DNA from: Candidatus Nomurabacteria bacterium
Lineage (GTDB): Bacteria > Patescibacteriota > Minisyncoccia > Phycocordibacterales > UBA9973
Assembly: GCA_943357245.1 (NCBI GenBank)
Contig: CALRGH010000001.1
Coordinates: 13,456 to 77,455, forward strand
Direction: 5' to 3'
Length of the DNA: 64,000 nt
Position numbers and translations under genes: made by a program
Notes under the pieces: model-generated
The model's database searches: none
The model's input: the letters and a program-made list of their open reading frames with translations, nothing else
What the model was told of the DNA's origin: nothing
Shown here: positions 9,568 through 20,313 of the stretch, one piece after another
Position numbering within the stretch: position 1 is the first letter of the stretch
Layout of the letters: each line of letters begins with the position of its first letter

Positions 9568-11292
9568 TTAAAAACGATTACTTTTAATGGTCTCTAGTTG
9601 CTTTGAAATGGTGGCTATAGTTTGTAAGTGATTGGCGACTCCAGTGTCATCTTTATTCGCTTCTGCTTTGCGGAGTTCTCGCATTGCTTCTTCAAGACGT
9701 TTACTCAATAATTTCGATTCAAACAGTGACAATAATTCAGTGAGTTCTTTTTTGTGTTCTCCATGTTCTCCGAATGTCGCCTCTGCAATAAATAACATTC
9801 GTTCGCGGGTGCTCTGATCAAGTGCGTCGGTCACTATATTTGGATCTTTACCCGTAATCCGCTCATACTCACGACATGCATGCTCATATTCTTCTTTGCC
9901 CAGATACGCCGTTTTTCCTAATAAAAAGTACGAGAGCAATCGTTCTTCCGTAAGATCAATAACTGGCGGAGATTCTCCAGATGATTTACTAACAGTTTCT
10001 ATCTTTACTGCAGGTGTAGCGAGGGTGATGCGAGTAACTTCATCGCGAATATCAGCTTCTTGTAATCCTGCACTGTTAGCAATCTTTGCAATAAAATGTC
10101 CTCGCTCAAGTGGACTGCGCACACGAGCGACATACGGCAACACTTCATCACGAATACGTTTTACCACTGTTCGCTCATCTGCGTGTTCTGCGAGCACGTT
10201 TTCAAGAAAAAAATCTACGACGTGCATGCGATTTGCTATTGCGGTCCGCCACAATTCTCCATCTTCTTTAATGAGGTCCGCTGGATCTTTCCCATGCCCA
10301 ATGCGTATCATCGTAACATCCATACCTTCTGTAAGTGCAAGTTCGATACTACGACGTGCCGCTTGCACCCCTGCTTTATCGGCATCAAATGAAAGTGCGA
10401 CATTTTGGGTAAACCGACGTATCAAATCGAGTTGCTCTTTCGTAAATGCTGTTCCTGAAACGGCAACCGTATTTTTTGTCCCTGCCTGATGCGCCATGAT
10501 TAAGTCCATCTGCCCTTCAACCACAATACAACAATCTTCACGCATGAGTGCCTGTTTTGCCATGTCATACCCAAACAAAATTTTCGATTTTGAATACAAA
10601 GTCGTCTCTGGAGAGTTTACATATTTGGCGACATTTGTATCTTTTGCCGCGTCTCCGAAAATTCTTCCAGAATATGCGACGACTCGCCCTTGCGTATCAC
10701 GAATCGGAAACATAATGCGCGAGCGAAATCGGTCATACGCACCTCGGTCGCTCATCGCCGTCATCCCTGTCGCTTTTAATTCTTCATCGGTGTACCCTTT
10801 TTGAATTAAATTCGCAGATACGGTGTTGCCATACGCTGGCGCAAATCCAATTTGAAATGCATCAATCGTATCTTGGGTAAGTCCTCGTCCCAATAAATAT
10901 GCACTTACTTCAGGAGATTCTCGGAGTGTATCTACAAAAAATGCAGTTGCGTCTGTAAGTAATGCCAAGAGCCGTTTATTTTTTTGTACTTGTTCGGTAA
11001 CGCCTTTGTATTCAGACAGTGGCACATGTGCGCGTTCTGCAAGAATTTTGAGTGTTTCCGAAAAATCAGTGCCTTCGATTTCTTCTACGAAAGTAAAAAT
11101 GTCGCCACCTTTACCACAACCGAAACAATGAAAGCTGTTGCGCCCTGGGGACACAAAAAACGATGCTGATTTTTCACTGTGAAAGGGACAACGTGCTTTG
11201 TAGTAGAGCCCTGATTTTTCAAGCTTGATGTACCCACCAACAACGTCGGTGATGGAGAGTTTTTCTTTGATGCGTTCAACAGGTGTAAGCAT
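9568..11292 (-). CDS. dnaG: DNA primase
   Basis: CPFH..CFGC zinc domain, DRFRSRIMFPI, KYVNSPET, VEGQMD, FDADKAG, KDPAD. Confidence 0.97.
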   Translation of the reverse strand: MLTPVERIKEKLSITDVVGGYIKLEKSGLYYKARCPFHSEKSASFFVSPGRNSFHCFGCGKGGDIFTFVEEIEGTDFSETLKILAERAHVPLSEYKGVTEQVQKNKRLLALLTDATAFFVDTLRESPEVSAYLLGRGLTQDTIDAFQIGFAPAYGNTVSANLIQKGYTDEELKATGMTAMSDRGAYDRFRSRIMFPIRDTQGRVVAYSGRIFGDAAKDTNVAKYVNSPETTLYSKSKILFGYDMAKQALMREDCCIVVEGQMDLIMAHQAGTKNTVAVSGTAFTKEQLDLIRRFTQNVALSFDADKAGVQAARRSIELALTEGMDVTMIRIGHGKDPADLIKEDGELWRTAIANRMHVVDFFLENVLAEHADERTVVKRIRDEVLPYVARVRSPLERGHFIAKIANSAGLQEADIRDEVTRITLATPAVKIETVSKSSGESPPVIDLTEERLLSYFLLGKTAYLGKEEYEHACREYERITGKDPNIVTDALDQSTRERMLFIAEATFGEHGEHKKELTELLSLFESKLLSKRLEEAMRELRKAEANKDDTGVANHLQTIATISKQLETIKSNRF

Positions 11293-11300
11293 ATATACCA

Positions 11301-11430
11301 ATATACGAATTATACTAATGATACGAATGTTGCGAATGGCACCTCGTTATTTTCTTTATATCGAGAAGGTAGATCTTGAATGCGTTATTCGTAGTATTCG
11401 TATATTCGCACTCATTTGTATGTTTGTATG
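11301..11430. repeat. Inverted pair of short-unit arrays (TACGAAT / ATTCGTA) between rpoC and dnaG
   Basis: atacgaat..atacgaat..tgcgaat versus attcgtag tattcgta tattcgca..tttgtatg. Confidence 0.65.
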
Positions 11431-11431
11431 T

Positions 11432-14400
11432 CTACTCTGCCACTTGTCGAGCAAGTTCTGGTGCTTCATTTTCAATACGAGATTCGTGATGCATATCAGT
11501 ATCTGATGGTATATCTTCAGGATCGATACCAGCAAATCCAAATCCAGTACCTGCAGGAATCAATCGGCCAATGATAACATTTTCTTTAAGACCACGGAGT
11601 CGGTCAACACCACCTTTGATTGCATTGTTGATGAGCACACGGTTTGTGTTTTGGAATGATGCTGCGGACATCCAACTTTTTGTGTTAAGTGACGTTTCAG
11701 TAATACCCAAGACGATAGTGTCTGCTTTTGCAACTTCACCACCACTTGCCTTTGTTCGTTCATTTTCTTCGATGAGTTCAATATTTTCAACCATTTCACC
11801 CGGAGAAAACATTGTTGTACCTGGATCTTTAACGCGCTTTCGAGAGAACATTTGGCGAATAATAATTTCGATGTGTTTGCGCGCGATAGATGCACCTTGC
11901 AATTCGTACACTTTGTTGATTTCTGTAATGATGTAATCTTCTGCTTTTCCTTGACTGCCGTATTTGAAGATGAGTGCAATATCTGCAGAACCATCCGTAA
12001 GGAGATCGCCTTTCGCTACCTTGTGACCAACTTTGACAATCGGTGTTCGGCGAGGAAGGACCACATATTCCATACTATTTGATCCGTCTGCTGTTTTCTC
12101 ATCAGAAGCAACGACGATAATTTTTTCAGTTCCGTTTTGTCGGATTTCCAATACTTCGCCATCATGCTGAGCAACAATAGCAGGATTTTTGATATTTGAA
12201 CGACGTTCAAAAATTTCTTCGATACGTGGAAGACCTTGCGTAATGTCGACTCCAGCGAGACCGCCGGCGTGGAAAGTACGAAGCGTGAGCTGGGTACCTG
12301 GTTCACCGATAGCTTGTGCAGCGACGATACCGACCGCTTCACCGAGATTAACCAAGTGATTGCGTCCAAGATCAAGACCGTAACACGCTCGGCAGATGCC
12401 GTGCACTGTTTTACAGGTAAGCGGTGAGCGAACAAATGCTTCTGTGATACCTGCTTTTTCCATTTTCATTGCTTCTTCTTTCGTAACCAAGAAACCGCGT
12501 TTGTAGAGTGATTTACCATCAGCGTCTTTGATATCACTTGCAAGTACGCGACCACGCATCACTTTTGCAAATGGAATCGTAACACCGGAAATAGTTTCTG
12601 CACGTGCGGCTTTGCCTTCTTTGGTACCACAATCTTCTTCAGTGATAACCATATCTTGCGCAACATCAACGAGACGTCGAGTAAGGTACCCAGCTTTCGC
12701 AGTGTTAAGCGCAGTATCGGCAAGACCTTTACGTGAACCGTGCGTTGTAATGAAGTATTCAAGTGGAGAGAGTCCTTCTTTGTAGGAAGAAATAATTGGG
12801 AAGTCGATAGTGTCCCCAGCAGTGTTCTGGATCAAACCTTTCATACCTGCCATTTGTGTCACCTGTGCAATCGAACCGCGGGCACCAGAGGTAACCATGT
12901 CATATACAGATCCTGATTTATCAAGTGTATCTGGAATGTGTTTTTCAATTTCACTTTTCTTGTGTTCCCAAATTTCAATAACTTTTTGTTTCTTTTCTTC
13001 GACAGACAAGAGACCATCGTTGTATTGTTCGATAACTTTTGCTTCTTCTTTACGTCCTTCTGCAACAATACCTGCTTTTGCCTCTGGTGTTTTCACACTT
13101 TGGAATCCAAAGGTACCACCAGATTGTGTCGCGTACAAATAGCCGAAGTGTTTAATTTTGTCGATGATTGGTGGGGTGTTGTCGATACCAATGTGCACGA
13201 TCATTTCGTCGATGAGTGATGAAAGTGTTTTCTTAGTGACTTCTTGGTTTAGATACGGAAAATCATTTGGAAGCACACTGTTGAAAAGCAATCGTCCTAC
13301 GGTTGTATCAAATGGCTTACCATCGTACGCTTTGTATTTTGTGTGTTCAGAAGGCATGACTTTGATTTTTGCATGGAAGGATACTTCGCCGTAATCGTAT
13401 ACCGTAATCGCTTCATTTGGACTTGAGAAAATTTTACCTTCACCCTTTTGGTTTGGCATTTCTTTCGTCATCCAGAAACAACCAAGCACAATGTCTTGTG
13501 ATGGAAGGATAATAGGCTCACCGTTTTGTGGCTTGAGTAAGTTTCTATTTGCTGCCATCAAATTCTTTGCTTCAGCTTGCGCTTTATCAGAAAGTGGTAA
13601 GTAGACAGCCATCTGGTCTCCATCGAAGTCAGCGTTGAATGCAGTACACACGAGTGGGTGCAATTGAATAGCATTTCCTTCGATGAGAATCGGATTGAAA
13701 GCTTGAATACCAAGACGGTGCAATGTCGGTGCGCGGTTTAGAAGCACGTATTTACCCTTGATCGCTTCTTCGAGAATTGCCCACACTTCTGGGACGCGTT
13801 CTTCGATGAGTTTGTTTGAACCGCGAATGTTGTGCGCGAGTTCTTGTTTGATCAATTTTGAAATAATAAAGGGGCGGAACAATTCAAGTGCCATGTGTTT
13901 CGGAAGTCCGCATTGATTCAACTTTAAGTTTGGACCAACAACGATAACAGAACGAGCAGAATAGTCTACGCGCTTACCGAGCAAGTTTTGACGGAAGAGA
14001 CCTTGTTTTGATTTCAAGTTATCCGAAAGAGACTTGAGTGCTCGCTTTTGTGATTGAGAAACAGCTTGTGAATCATTTTGACGCGCGATTGAGTTGTCGA
14101 TAAGCGCATCAACTGCTTCTTGAAGAATACGTTTTTCGTTACGCAAAATAACATCTGGCGCACCGATTTCTTTCAACTTTTTCAAACGGTTGTTGCGGTT
14201 GATAACACGACGATAGAGGTCGTTGATATCACTCGTTGCATGTCGTCCACCTTCAAGAGCCACCATAGGACGGAGTGCTGGTGGGATAACAGGTAAACGA
14301 GTGAGAAACATCCATTCAGGACGCACTTTTGCATGAATCATCGAACGGATAACTGCCATGCGGCGTTCCATTTTTTCTTTTTCGAGCGCACCTGCTTTAT

Positions 14401-15115
14401 CAATCAAGCGCTGTGTCTCCACGCGGAGTTTTTCAAGATCAAGATTTTTGAAGATCGTGTAGATTGCTTCTGCGCCAATCCCTGCTTCAAAACAAGTTCC
14501 GTATCGCAAACTGAAATTGTGATATGCGAGCTCGCCCAAGACTTTTCCTGGCACAATTTCGCCGACTTCTTTTTTGGTACTCGTAAGAAGTGCTTTTAAT
14601 TTTTCTTTTGTATCTTCGTCTTCGGTACTTTTTACTTTTGATTTGTATTCACTTTCAATATCTTTCAAGATATTCGCTTTTTCTTCATCATTTACTTTTG
14701 TAATGATGTAGCCAGCGAAATAAATAACTTTTTCAAGATCAGTAACGGTTGTATTAAAGAGGATCGACATGCGAGATGGCACGCCACGAAGGAACCAAAT
14801 GTGGGCAACGGGAGATGCAAGTTCGATGTGGCCCATGCGTTCACGACGAACGATAGATTTGGTAACTTCAACGCCACACTTTTCACAGACGATATCCTTG
14901 TAACGAATACGTCGGTATTTTCCACAGTAACACTCATAGTCTTTTTCTGGACCAAAGATTCGTTCATCAAAGAGACCGCCGCGTTCTGAGCGACCAGTTC
15001 GGTAGTTGATTGTTTCTGGCTTTGTGATTTCACCATAACTCCATGACAAAATATCTTCAGGAGAAGCGAGCTTGATTGCGATGTTGTTAAAATTTGTTGT
15101 GTCTAATGTTTTCAT
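11432..15115 (-). CDS. rpoC: RNA polymerase beta' subunit
   Basis: NADFDGDQM, KPETINYRT, GKRVDYSARSVI, IGEPGTQLTLRTFH. Confidence 0.99.
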   Translation of the reverse strand: MKTLDTTNFNNIAIKLASPEDILSWSYGEITKPETINYRTGRSERGGLFDERIFGPEKDYECYCGKYRRIRYKDIVCEKCGVEVTKSIVRRERMGHIELASPVAHIWFLRGVPSRMSILFNTTVTDLEKVIYFAGYIITKVNDEEKANILKDIESEYKSKVKSTEDEDTKEKLKALLTSTKKEVGEIVPGKVLGELAYHNFSLRYGTCFEAGIGAEAIYTIFKNLDLEKLRVETQRLIDKAGALEKEKMERRMAVIRSMIHAKVRPEWMFLTRLPVIPPALRPMVALEGGRHATSDINDLYRRVINRNNRLKKLKEIGAPDVILRNEKRILQEAVDALIDNSIARQNDSQAVSQSQKRALKSLSDNLKSKQGLFRQNLLGKRVDYSARSVIVVGPNLKLNQCGLPKHMALELFRPFIISKLIKQELAHNIRGSNKLIEERVPEVWAILEEAIKGKYVLLNRAPTLHRLGIQAFNPILIEGNAIQLHPLVCTAFNADFDGDQMAVYLPLSDKAQAEAKNLMAANRNLLKPQNGEPIILPSQDIVLGCFWMTKEMPNQKGEGKIFSSPNEAITVYDYGEVSFHAKIKVMPSEHTKYKAYDGKPFDTTVGRLLFNSVLPNDFPYLNQEVTKKTLSSLIDEMIVHIGIDNTPPIIDKIKHFGYLYATQSGGTFGFQSVKTPEAKAGIVAEGRKEEAKVIEQYNDGLLSVEEKKQKVIEIWEHKKSEIEKHIPDTLDKSGSVYDMVTSGARGSIAQVTQMAGMKGLIQNTAGDTIDFPIISSYKEGLSPLEYFITTHGSRKGLADTALNTAKAGYLTRRLVDVAQDMVITEEDCGTKEGKAARAETISGVTIPFAKVMRGRVLASDIKDADGKSLYKRGFLVTKEEAMKMEKAGITEAFVRSPLTCKTVHGICRACYGLDLGRNHLVNLGEAVGIVAAQAIGEPGTQLTLRTFHAGGLAGVDITQGLPRIEEIFERRSNIKNPAIVAQHDGEVLEIRQNGTEKIIVVASDEKTADGSNSMEYVVLPRRTPIVKVGHKVAKGDLLTDGSADIALIFKYGSQGKAEDYIITEINKVYELQGASIARKHIEIIIRQMFSRKRVKDPGTTMFSPGEMVENIELIEENERTKASGGEVAKADTIVLGITETSLNTKSWMSAASFQNTNRVLINNAIKGGVDRLRGLKENVIIGRLIPAGTGFGFAGIDPEDIPSDTDMHHESRIENEAPELARQVAE

Positions 15116-15122
15116 AGGTTTT

Positions 15123-15172
15123 GTAAATAGTTAGTCCGACCTTCGTCGGACTCCGACATAGGTCGGAGTAGT
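15123..15172 (+). repeat. 50-bp double-hairpin element, exact inverted copy at 40647-40696
   Basis: gtaaatagttagtccgaccttcgtcggactccgacataggtcggagtagt. Confidence 0.95.
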
Positions 15173-15210
15173 TAGTAATAAATAGTTTTTTATCTAATCT
15201 ACGAGGCTAA

Positions 15211-18200
15211 CTAGTTTTCAAGATTATCGTTCTTCAATATGACATCAAGTGCAAGACCGCGAAGGTAATTTAACATCACCTTAAACGATGCTGGTGCATT
15301 TGGTTGTCTAATTGGTTCACCTTTGATAATAGAATCAAATGTCTGCGAACGACCTAAAATATCGTCAGACTTAATCGTTAACATTTCACGAAGAATGTGG
15401 GATGCGCCGTATCCTTCAAGTGCCCACACTTCCATTTCTCCGAAGCGTTGACCTCCTCCTTGTGCCTTACCGCCGAGTGGCTGTTGCGTAATGAGTGAGT
15501 AGGGTCCAATTGAACGCATGTGAATCTTGTCTTCCACCATGTGGTGCAGTTTCAAGACATACATATAGCCGATAGCAATATCTTGTTCGAATGCATCACC
15601 GGTGCGTCCATCAAAAAGTTTGATGCGACCGTGTTCTGGGAATCCTCCGGCTACTAATTCTTTCTTAATTTCGTTTTCATTTGCACCAGAGAACGGTGGC
15701 ACGATAGCTTGATAACCAAGCGCATTTGCCGCAAGTCCTAAGTGCATTTCCAAAATCTGTCCAAGGTTCATACGTGATGGGACACCGAGCGGCGTAAGTG
15801 CAATATCAACAGGTGTTCCATCTGCCATGTATGGCATATCTTCTTCAGGTAAGATGATTGAAATAACACCCTTGTTACCGTGGCGACCAGCGAGTTTATC
15901 ACCCACTGAAATGTTGCGGATCTGTGCGACTTCAACAATTACTTTTTTGATGATACCGGATTCCAAATTGTGTCCTTTGTCGCGAGAGAAAATTTTCACG
16001 CCGATAACACGACCACGTTTGCCGTGTTCCATACGAGTTGAGGTATCTTTCACATCGCGTGCTTTTTCTGAGAAGATCGAGCGGAGCAAGCGTTCTTCTG
16101 GCGTGAGTTCTGTTTCGCCTTTTGGAGTAATTTTACCAACCAAAATATCATTTTCGCGCACTTCTGCACCAACACGAATGATGCCTTCTTCATCGAGATC
16201 CTTCAATTTTGTTTCGCCGACGTTTGGAATATCGCGTGTTGTTTGTTCAGGTCCAAGTTTTGTATCGCGAACGGTACAAATAAATTCTTCAATATAAATA
16301 GATGTGAATTTTGAATTCTTTACGAGACGCTCTGAGAGAATGATCGCGTCTTCATAGTTTTGTCCACTCCATGACATGAATGCAACGAGGACGTTTTGTC
16401 CAAGTGCAATTTGTCCATGATCTGTTGTCGAAGTATCTCCGAGCACTTGTCCTTTTTTGACTTTCTCACCTACTGCAACAATTGGACGTTGGTGAAATGA
16501 ACCGAAGTTGTTGGTTCGAGAGAAGTTGACGAGCGGATAATTTATTTTTGTTTTTCCATCAACCACAATGTGCTGTGCATCTACTGCGGTAATAACGCCA
16601 TCTTCTTTTGAAATAATAAGTCGTCCTGAATATCGTGCGGCCAATTCTTCCATACCAGTAGCTACGAGTGGTGCTTCTGGGCGAACCACCGCCATCGCCT
16701 GCTTTTGCATGTTTGATCCCATGAGTGATCGGTTTGCATCATCGTGTTCGAGGAATGGAATCATAGATGTTGCAATAGAAAATGCTTGGTTTGATGCGAC
16801 GTCGATAAAATCCACTTCATCTTTTGCAACAAGACCTGGTTCTGTTTTTACGCGAGCTTCGACGAATGGTGCGGTAATGGTACCTTTATCGTCATATGGG
16901 ATTTGCGCGTGCGCAATGTTGTACTGTTCTTCTTCAAGCGCATTTAAATACACCACTTCGCCGGTGATTTTTCCTTTCTTTACTTTAATATATGGAGATT
17001 CGATGATACCGAAATCGTTCACACGAGCATAGGTTGCCAAGTGCAAGATAAGACCGATGTTCGGACCTTCTGGAGTGTGAATAGGACACACGCGACCATA
17101 GTGGGAGGTGTGTACGTCACGAACTTCAAGAGAAGCGCGTTCACGTGTCAAACCGCCGGGACCGAGTGCTGAGAGGGTTCGCAAGTGCTCGATTTCTGCC
17201 AAGACATTTTCTTGGTTCATAAATTGTGAGAGCTGGTTTGTCGTGAAAAATTCCTTAATACGAGCTTGGAGGGGACGTTGGTTGACGATAGCAATAGGAA
17301 GCGCTGTCGTAATATCGATAGTCGACATACGATCTTGAATGTTGCGCTTGATTTGCGTCATACCGATACGCACTTTTTGCTGGAGCAATTCTCCGACATA
17401 ACGAACTCGGCGTTGTGCCAAGTTGTCGATATCATCTGCTTTTGCATCCGGTGTCGTGATAAGCGTCATGATGTGATCAATGATTGTTGCCAAGTCATCG
17501 ATTGAAAGCGTGCGTCGTGCAAGTTCTTTGTCGCCCATGTCTTTTTCGAATCGTTTGTTGAAACGGAAACGACCGACAGGAGAAAGATCGTAGCGTTCCG
17601 GAGAGAACATATTTTTGATAAATTCGCGAGCATTATCTGCAGTTGCAAGGTCGCCATCGCGAAGACGCTTATAGATTTCAATGTTTGCTGATTGGATATC
17701 TTTTGCAGTATCTTTTTCAATCGCAACAGAAAGCATGTGCTTTGATGCATCAGATTTTACCAATTTTTGCATCGCCGCTAAATCTGTAAGACCAAAAACA
17801 CGCAAAAGAGACGTAATTGGGAATTTACGTTTTTTGTCGATACGGACATAGAGAATACCATCTGCATCGGCTTCAATTTCCATCCACACACCACGTGCCG
17901 GAATGATTTTTGCGCCGAAGAACGTCTTCCCTTTCACTTCATTTTCAATAAAGAACACGCCGAATGAGCGTGCGAGCTGTGGCACAATAACGCGTTCAAC
18001 GCCGTTGATCACAAACGTACCGTGGCCGGTCATCATCGGCACATCTGCCATGAAAATTTCCTGCTCCTTCGCATCGCCCGCCATTGTCTTATTAATAAGC
18101 TTCACGCGCGCTTTCAAAGGCGCTTCGTAGGAGAGCTTATTTGCACGAGCAAAATGTTCGTCATGTTTTGGTTCACCGATATAAAAAGAGACAAATTCAA

Positions 18201-18381
18201 GATCGAACTTTTTTCCTGAATAATCAGAAATTGGCGAAAATTCTTTGAACACTTCTTTCAAACCGCTCTCGATGAGCCAGTCGAATGAAGATATTTGTGT
18301 TTCCAAAAGGTTCGGAAACGGGACAAGAGGCGTCTTATACTTTGAGAAAAATTTCTTTTCTCGGGTGGTGTGTTTCGGCAT
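15211..18381 (-). CDS. rpoB: RNA polymerase beta subunit
   Basis: LSALGPGGL, TPEGPNIGL, GDKLAGRHGNKG, GGQRFGEMEVWAL. Confidence 0.99.
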   Translation of the reverse strand: MPKHTTREKKFFSKYKTPLVPFPNLLETQISSFDWLIESGLKEVFKEFSPISDYSGKKFDLEFVSFYIGEPKHDEHFARANKLSYEAPLKARVKLINKTMAGDAKEQEIFMADVPMMTGHGTFVINGVERVIVPQLARSFGVFFIENEVKGKTFFGAKIIPARGVWMEIEADADGILYVRIDKKRKFPITSLLRVFGLTDLAAMQKLVKSDASKHMLSVAIEKDTAKDIQSANIEIYKRLRDGDLATADNAREFIKNMFSPERYDLSPVGRFRFNKRFEKDMGDKELARRTLSIDDLATIIDHIMTLITTPDAKADDIDNLAQRRVRYVGELLQQKVRIGMTQIKRNIQDRMSTIDITTALPIAIVNQRPLQARIKEFFTTNQLSQFMNQENVLAEIEHLRTLSALGPGGLTRERASLEVRDVHTSHYGRVCPIHTPEGPNIGLILHLATYARVNDFGIIESPYIKVKKGKITGEVVYLNALEEEQYNIAHAQIPYDDKGTITAPFVEARVKTEPGLVAKDEVDFIDVASNQAFSIATSMIPFLEHDDANRSLMGSNMQKQAMAVVRPEAPLVATGMEELAARYSGRLIISKEDGVITAVDAQHIVVDGKTKINYPLVNFSRTNNFGSFHQRPIVAVGEKVKKGQVLGDTSTTDHGQIALGQNVLVAFMSWSGQNYEDAIILSERLVKNSKFTSIYIEEFICTVRDTKLGPEQTTRDIPNVGETKLKDLDEEGIIRVGAEVRENDILVGKITPKGETELTPEERLLRSIFSEKARDVKDTSTRMEHGKRGRVIGVKIFSRDKGHNLESGIIKKVIVEVAQIRNISVGDKLAGRHGNKGVISIILPEEDMPYMADGTPVDIALTPLGVPSRMNLGQILEMHLGLAANALGYQAIVPPFSGANENEIKKELVAGGFPEHGRIKLFDGRTGDAFEQDIAIGYMYVLKLHHMVEDKIHMRSIGPYSLITQQPLGGKAQGGGQRFGEMEVWALEGYGASHILREMLTIKSDDILGRSQTFDSIIKGEPIRQPNAPASFKVMLNYLRGLALDVILKNDNLEN

Positions 18382-18544
18382 ATATATGCTGTTGTCGACA
18401 CAAGCACAGAGAGACGCAAAAAACCAAAAACAAGCGCGATGGCGCTTCTTTGATTATTATGCTGCTATCTTTGCCGATGTGAACAAAATTAAGGAGAAAA
18501 AGGTTGATAATCGGCGTGCCCCCAAAACTCAATCTAGTGAAAAG

Positions 18545-18573
18545 AGCATATCAAAATTCCAATCAAAAGTCAA
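18545..18573 (-). promoter_or_regulatory. Putative rpoBC promoter
   Basis: Minus strand TTGACT-17 bp-TATGCT with extended TG. Confidence 0.6.
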
Positions 18574-18621
18574 GGATAAGGTCAAGGGGATAACTTTTTA
18601 GTAACTGTCAGAACGGTCCTG

Positions 18622-19302
18622 TTAGTTTTTAGATTGCTTCCACTCTTCAATTTTCTTGTGATCACCGGAGAGAAGTACTTTTGGAGTTTTGTATTTTTTA
18701 CCTTTATATTCCAAAATTTCAGGACGGGTATAGATTTCAGAACTTGAGACACGTTCTTCTTCGAGTGATTCGAATTTGCCGAGGACACCGGGAATTTGGC
18801 GAGCGAGGCAGTCGAGCACGATCATTGCCGGCAATTCCCCGCCCGTGAGCACATAATCGCCGATCGAGACATGATCTGCTTTCAAAATTTTCGCAACGCG
18901 CGCATCGACACCTTCATAACGGCCACAGATTAATATAATATCAGTATATTTTTTTGCGGTTTGTTTTGCGTATATGGTGTTAAATGATTTTCCGCTCGGT
19001 GAGAAGAAAATAATTTTTGCTTTTCCTTTTTTCTTTGCAATTACTGCAAGCGCTTTATCACAAGCTTTCAACACAGGCTCCGCACGCATCACCATACCCG
19101 GACCACCACCAAACGGTCGATCATCTACGATGCGTGATATGTTGCCGTCAGGCCACACTTTTTTGTGCTTACCGGTGACGAAATCGCGCGGATTATAGTA
19201 CGCGATACTTATTTTCTTTTCTTTAATGGCACGCGCCACAATAGACGCCTCAGTGTACGAGGTAAAACTTTCGGGGAATAAGGTTATGATATGAAATCGC
19301 AT
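18622..19302 (-). CDS. trmD: tRNA (guanine-N1)-methyltransferase
   Basis: VDDRPFGGGPGMVM, CGRYEGVDAR, SIGDYVLTGGE; start moved to MRFHII. Confidence 0.97.
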   Translation of the reverse strand: MRFHIITLFPESFTSYTEASIVARAIKEKKISIAYYNPRDFVTGKHKKVWPDGNISRIVDDRPFGGGPGMVMRAEPVLKACDKALAVIAKKKGKAKIIFFSPSGKSFNTIYAKQTAKKYTDIILICGRYEGVDARVAKILKADHVSIGDYVLTGGELPAMIVLDCLARQIPGVLGKFESLEEERVSSSEIYTRPEILEYKGKKYKTPKVLLSGDHKKIEEWKQSKN

Positions 19303-19335
19303 GGAGAGACTATACAATAAAAAGTACGTTGTGTC

Positions 19336-19388
19336 ACTAAAACAGCAAAGCAGCGCCGACGTAGTCGGCGCTGCTTTGCTGTTTTAGT
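19336..19388. repeat. Perfect palindrome, 25-bp arms, C-GTA-G loop
   Basis: actaaaacagcaaagcagcgccgac gta gtcggcgctgctttgctgttttagt. Confidence 0.95.
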
Positions 19389-19398
19389 TTATTGTGTG

Positions 19399-19430
19399 TT
19401 CCCTGCTACTTGCTACCAGTCCCTTGCTAC
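19399..19430. repeat. 32-bp heptamer-based repeat, copy 1 of 3
   Basis: ttccctgctacttgctaccagtNccttgctac, also at 19886 and 22351. Confidence 0.92.
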
Positions 19431-19762
19431 TAAATGCCTTTAAGGTCTTCCATTGCCTGATCAACTGTCGATGCACTCATACCTGCGCCACCTGGTGCAG
19501 CGGGAGGTACCAAACGTCCACCTTCTGGCTCGTTGATTTTCAAATTTACTCGAGCGTTGTTTTTCATACCAATGACACGGAGCAATGTTCGGATCGCTTT
19601 TGCGGTATTGCCTTGGCGACCGATAATCTTTCCCATATCAGCTTGATTGACGGACAAGGTAACCAATACTCCCATTTCATCTACCGTTCGATCAATTTTT
19701 ACATCATTCGGATTGTCTACTAATGCTTTCACTACGTACTCTAGAAATTGCTTGTCTTCCAT
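19430..19762 (-). CDS. khpA: KH-domain RNA-binding protein KhpA
   Basis: LVDNP, DMGKIIGRQG, AIRTLL; rpsP-khpA-trmD synteny. Confidence 0.92.
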   Translation of the reverse strand: MEDKQFLEYVVKALVDNPNDVKIDRTVDEMGVLVTLSVNQADMGKIIGRQGNTAKAIRTLLRVIGMKNNARVNLKINEPEGGRLVPPAAPGGAGMSASTVDQAMEDLKGI

Positions 19763-19834
19763 ATCTTTTATGTTTGTACTAAATGAACAGACGCCTGACG
19801 AGGACGAATCTGTATTCTCTTATGATACCTTTTG

Positions 19835-19867
19835 TAAAAACCTTCGTCAAACTGACGAAGGTTTTTA
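19835..19867. repeat. Perfect palindrome, 15-bp arms
   Basis: taaaaaccttcgtca aac tgacgaaggttttta. Confidence 0.9.
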
Positions 19868-19885
19868 TGTGGATTATTTTTTGTT

Positions 19886-19917
19886 TTCCCTGCTACTTGC
19901 TACCAGTTCCTTGCTAC
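19886..19917. repeat. 32-bp heptamer-based repeat, copy 2 (contains rpsP stop)
   Basis: ttccctgctacttgctaccagttccttgctac. Confidence 0.92.
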
Positions 19918-20222
19918 TTACTCGCTTTCATCAACTTTCGTTTCTGTGTTGGTGCTTTCTTCGAAAGGACGTTGCGCTTTTTTGCGGTAAGCACTCCTTC
20001 TTGTACCAAGAAATTATGTACCGTATCTGATACTTGCGCGCCTTCTTTAATGCGCTTCAAGATTGCTTCTTTCTTAAATTCTGGTTTACCAGCATGTGGG
20101 TTATACGCACCCAAAATTTCGATAAATTTACCACTCTTTGCGGCATTTTTTGAATCGGTCAACACGACGCGGAAATGCGCTTCGTTCTTGCGGCCTATTC
20201 GTTCTAATCTGATCTTTAACAT
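19914..20222 (-). CDS. rpsP: 30S ribosomal protein S16
   Basis: MLKIRLERIGRK, FIEILGAYNP, GAQVSDTV. Confidence 0.97.
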   Translation of the reverse strand: MLKIRLERIGRKNEAHFRVVLTDSKNAAKSGKFIEILGAYNPHAGKPEFKKEAILKRIKEGAQVSDTVHNFLVQEGVLTAKKRNVLSKKAPTQKRKLMKASK

Positions 20223-20313
20223 GTGTTCCCTATCCTAACTAAAAACGAACAGAAAGTCAATAATGTCACAAATACTGTATAAAAAACAGTCTTTCTGCTA
20301 TAGTGCCTTTGTA

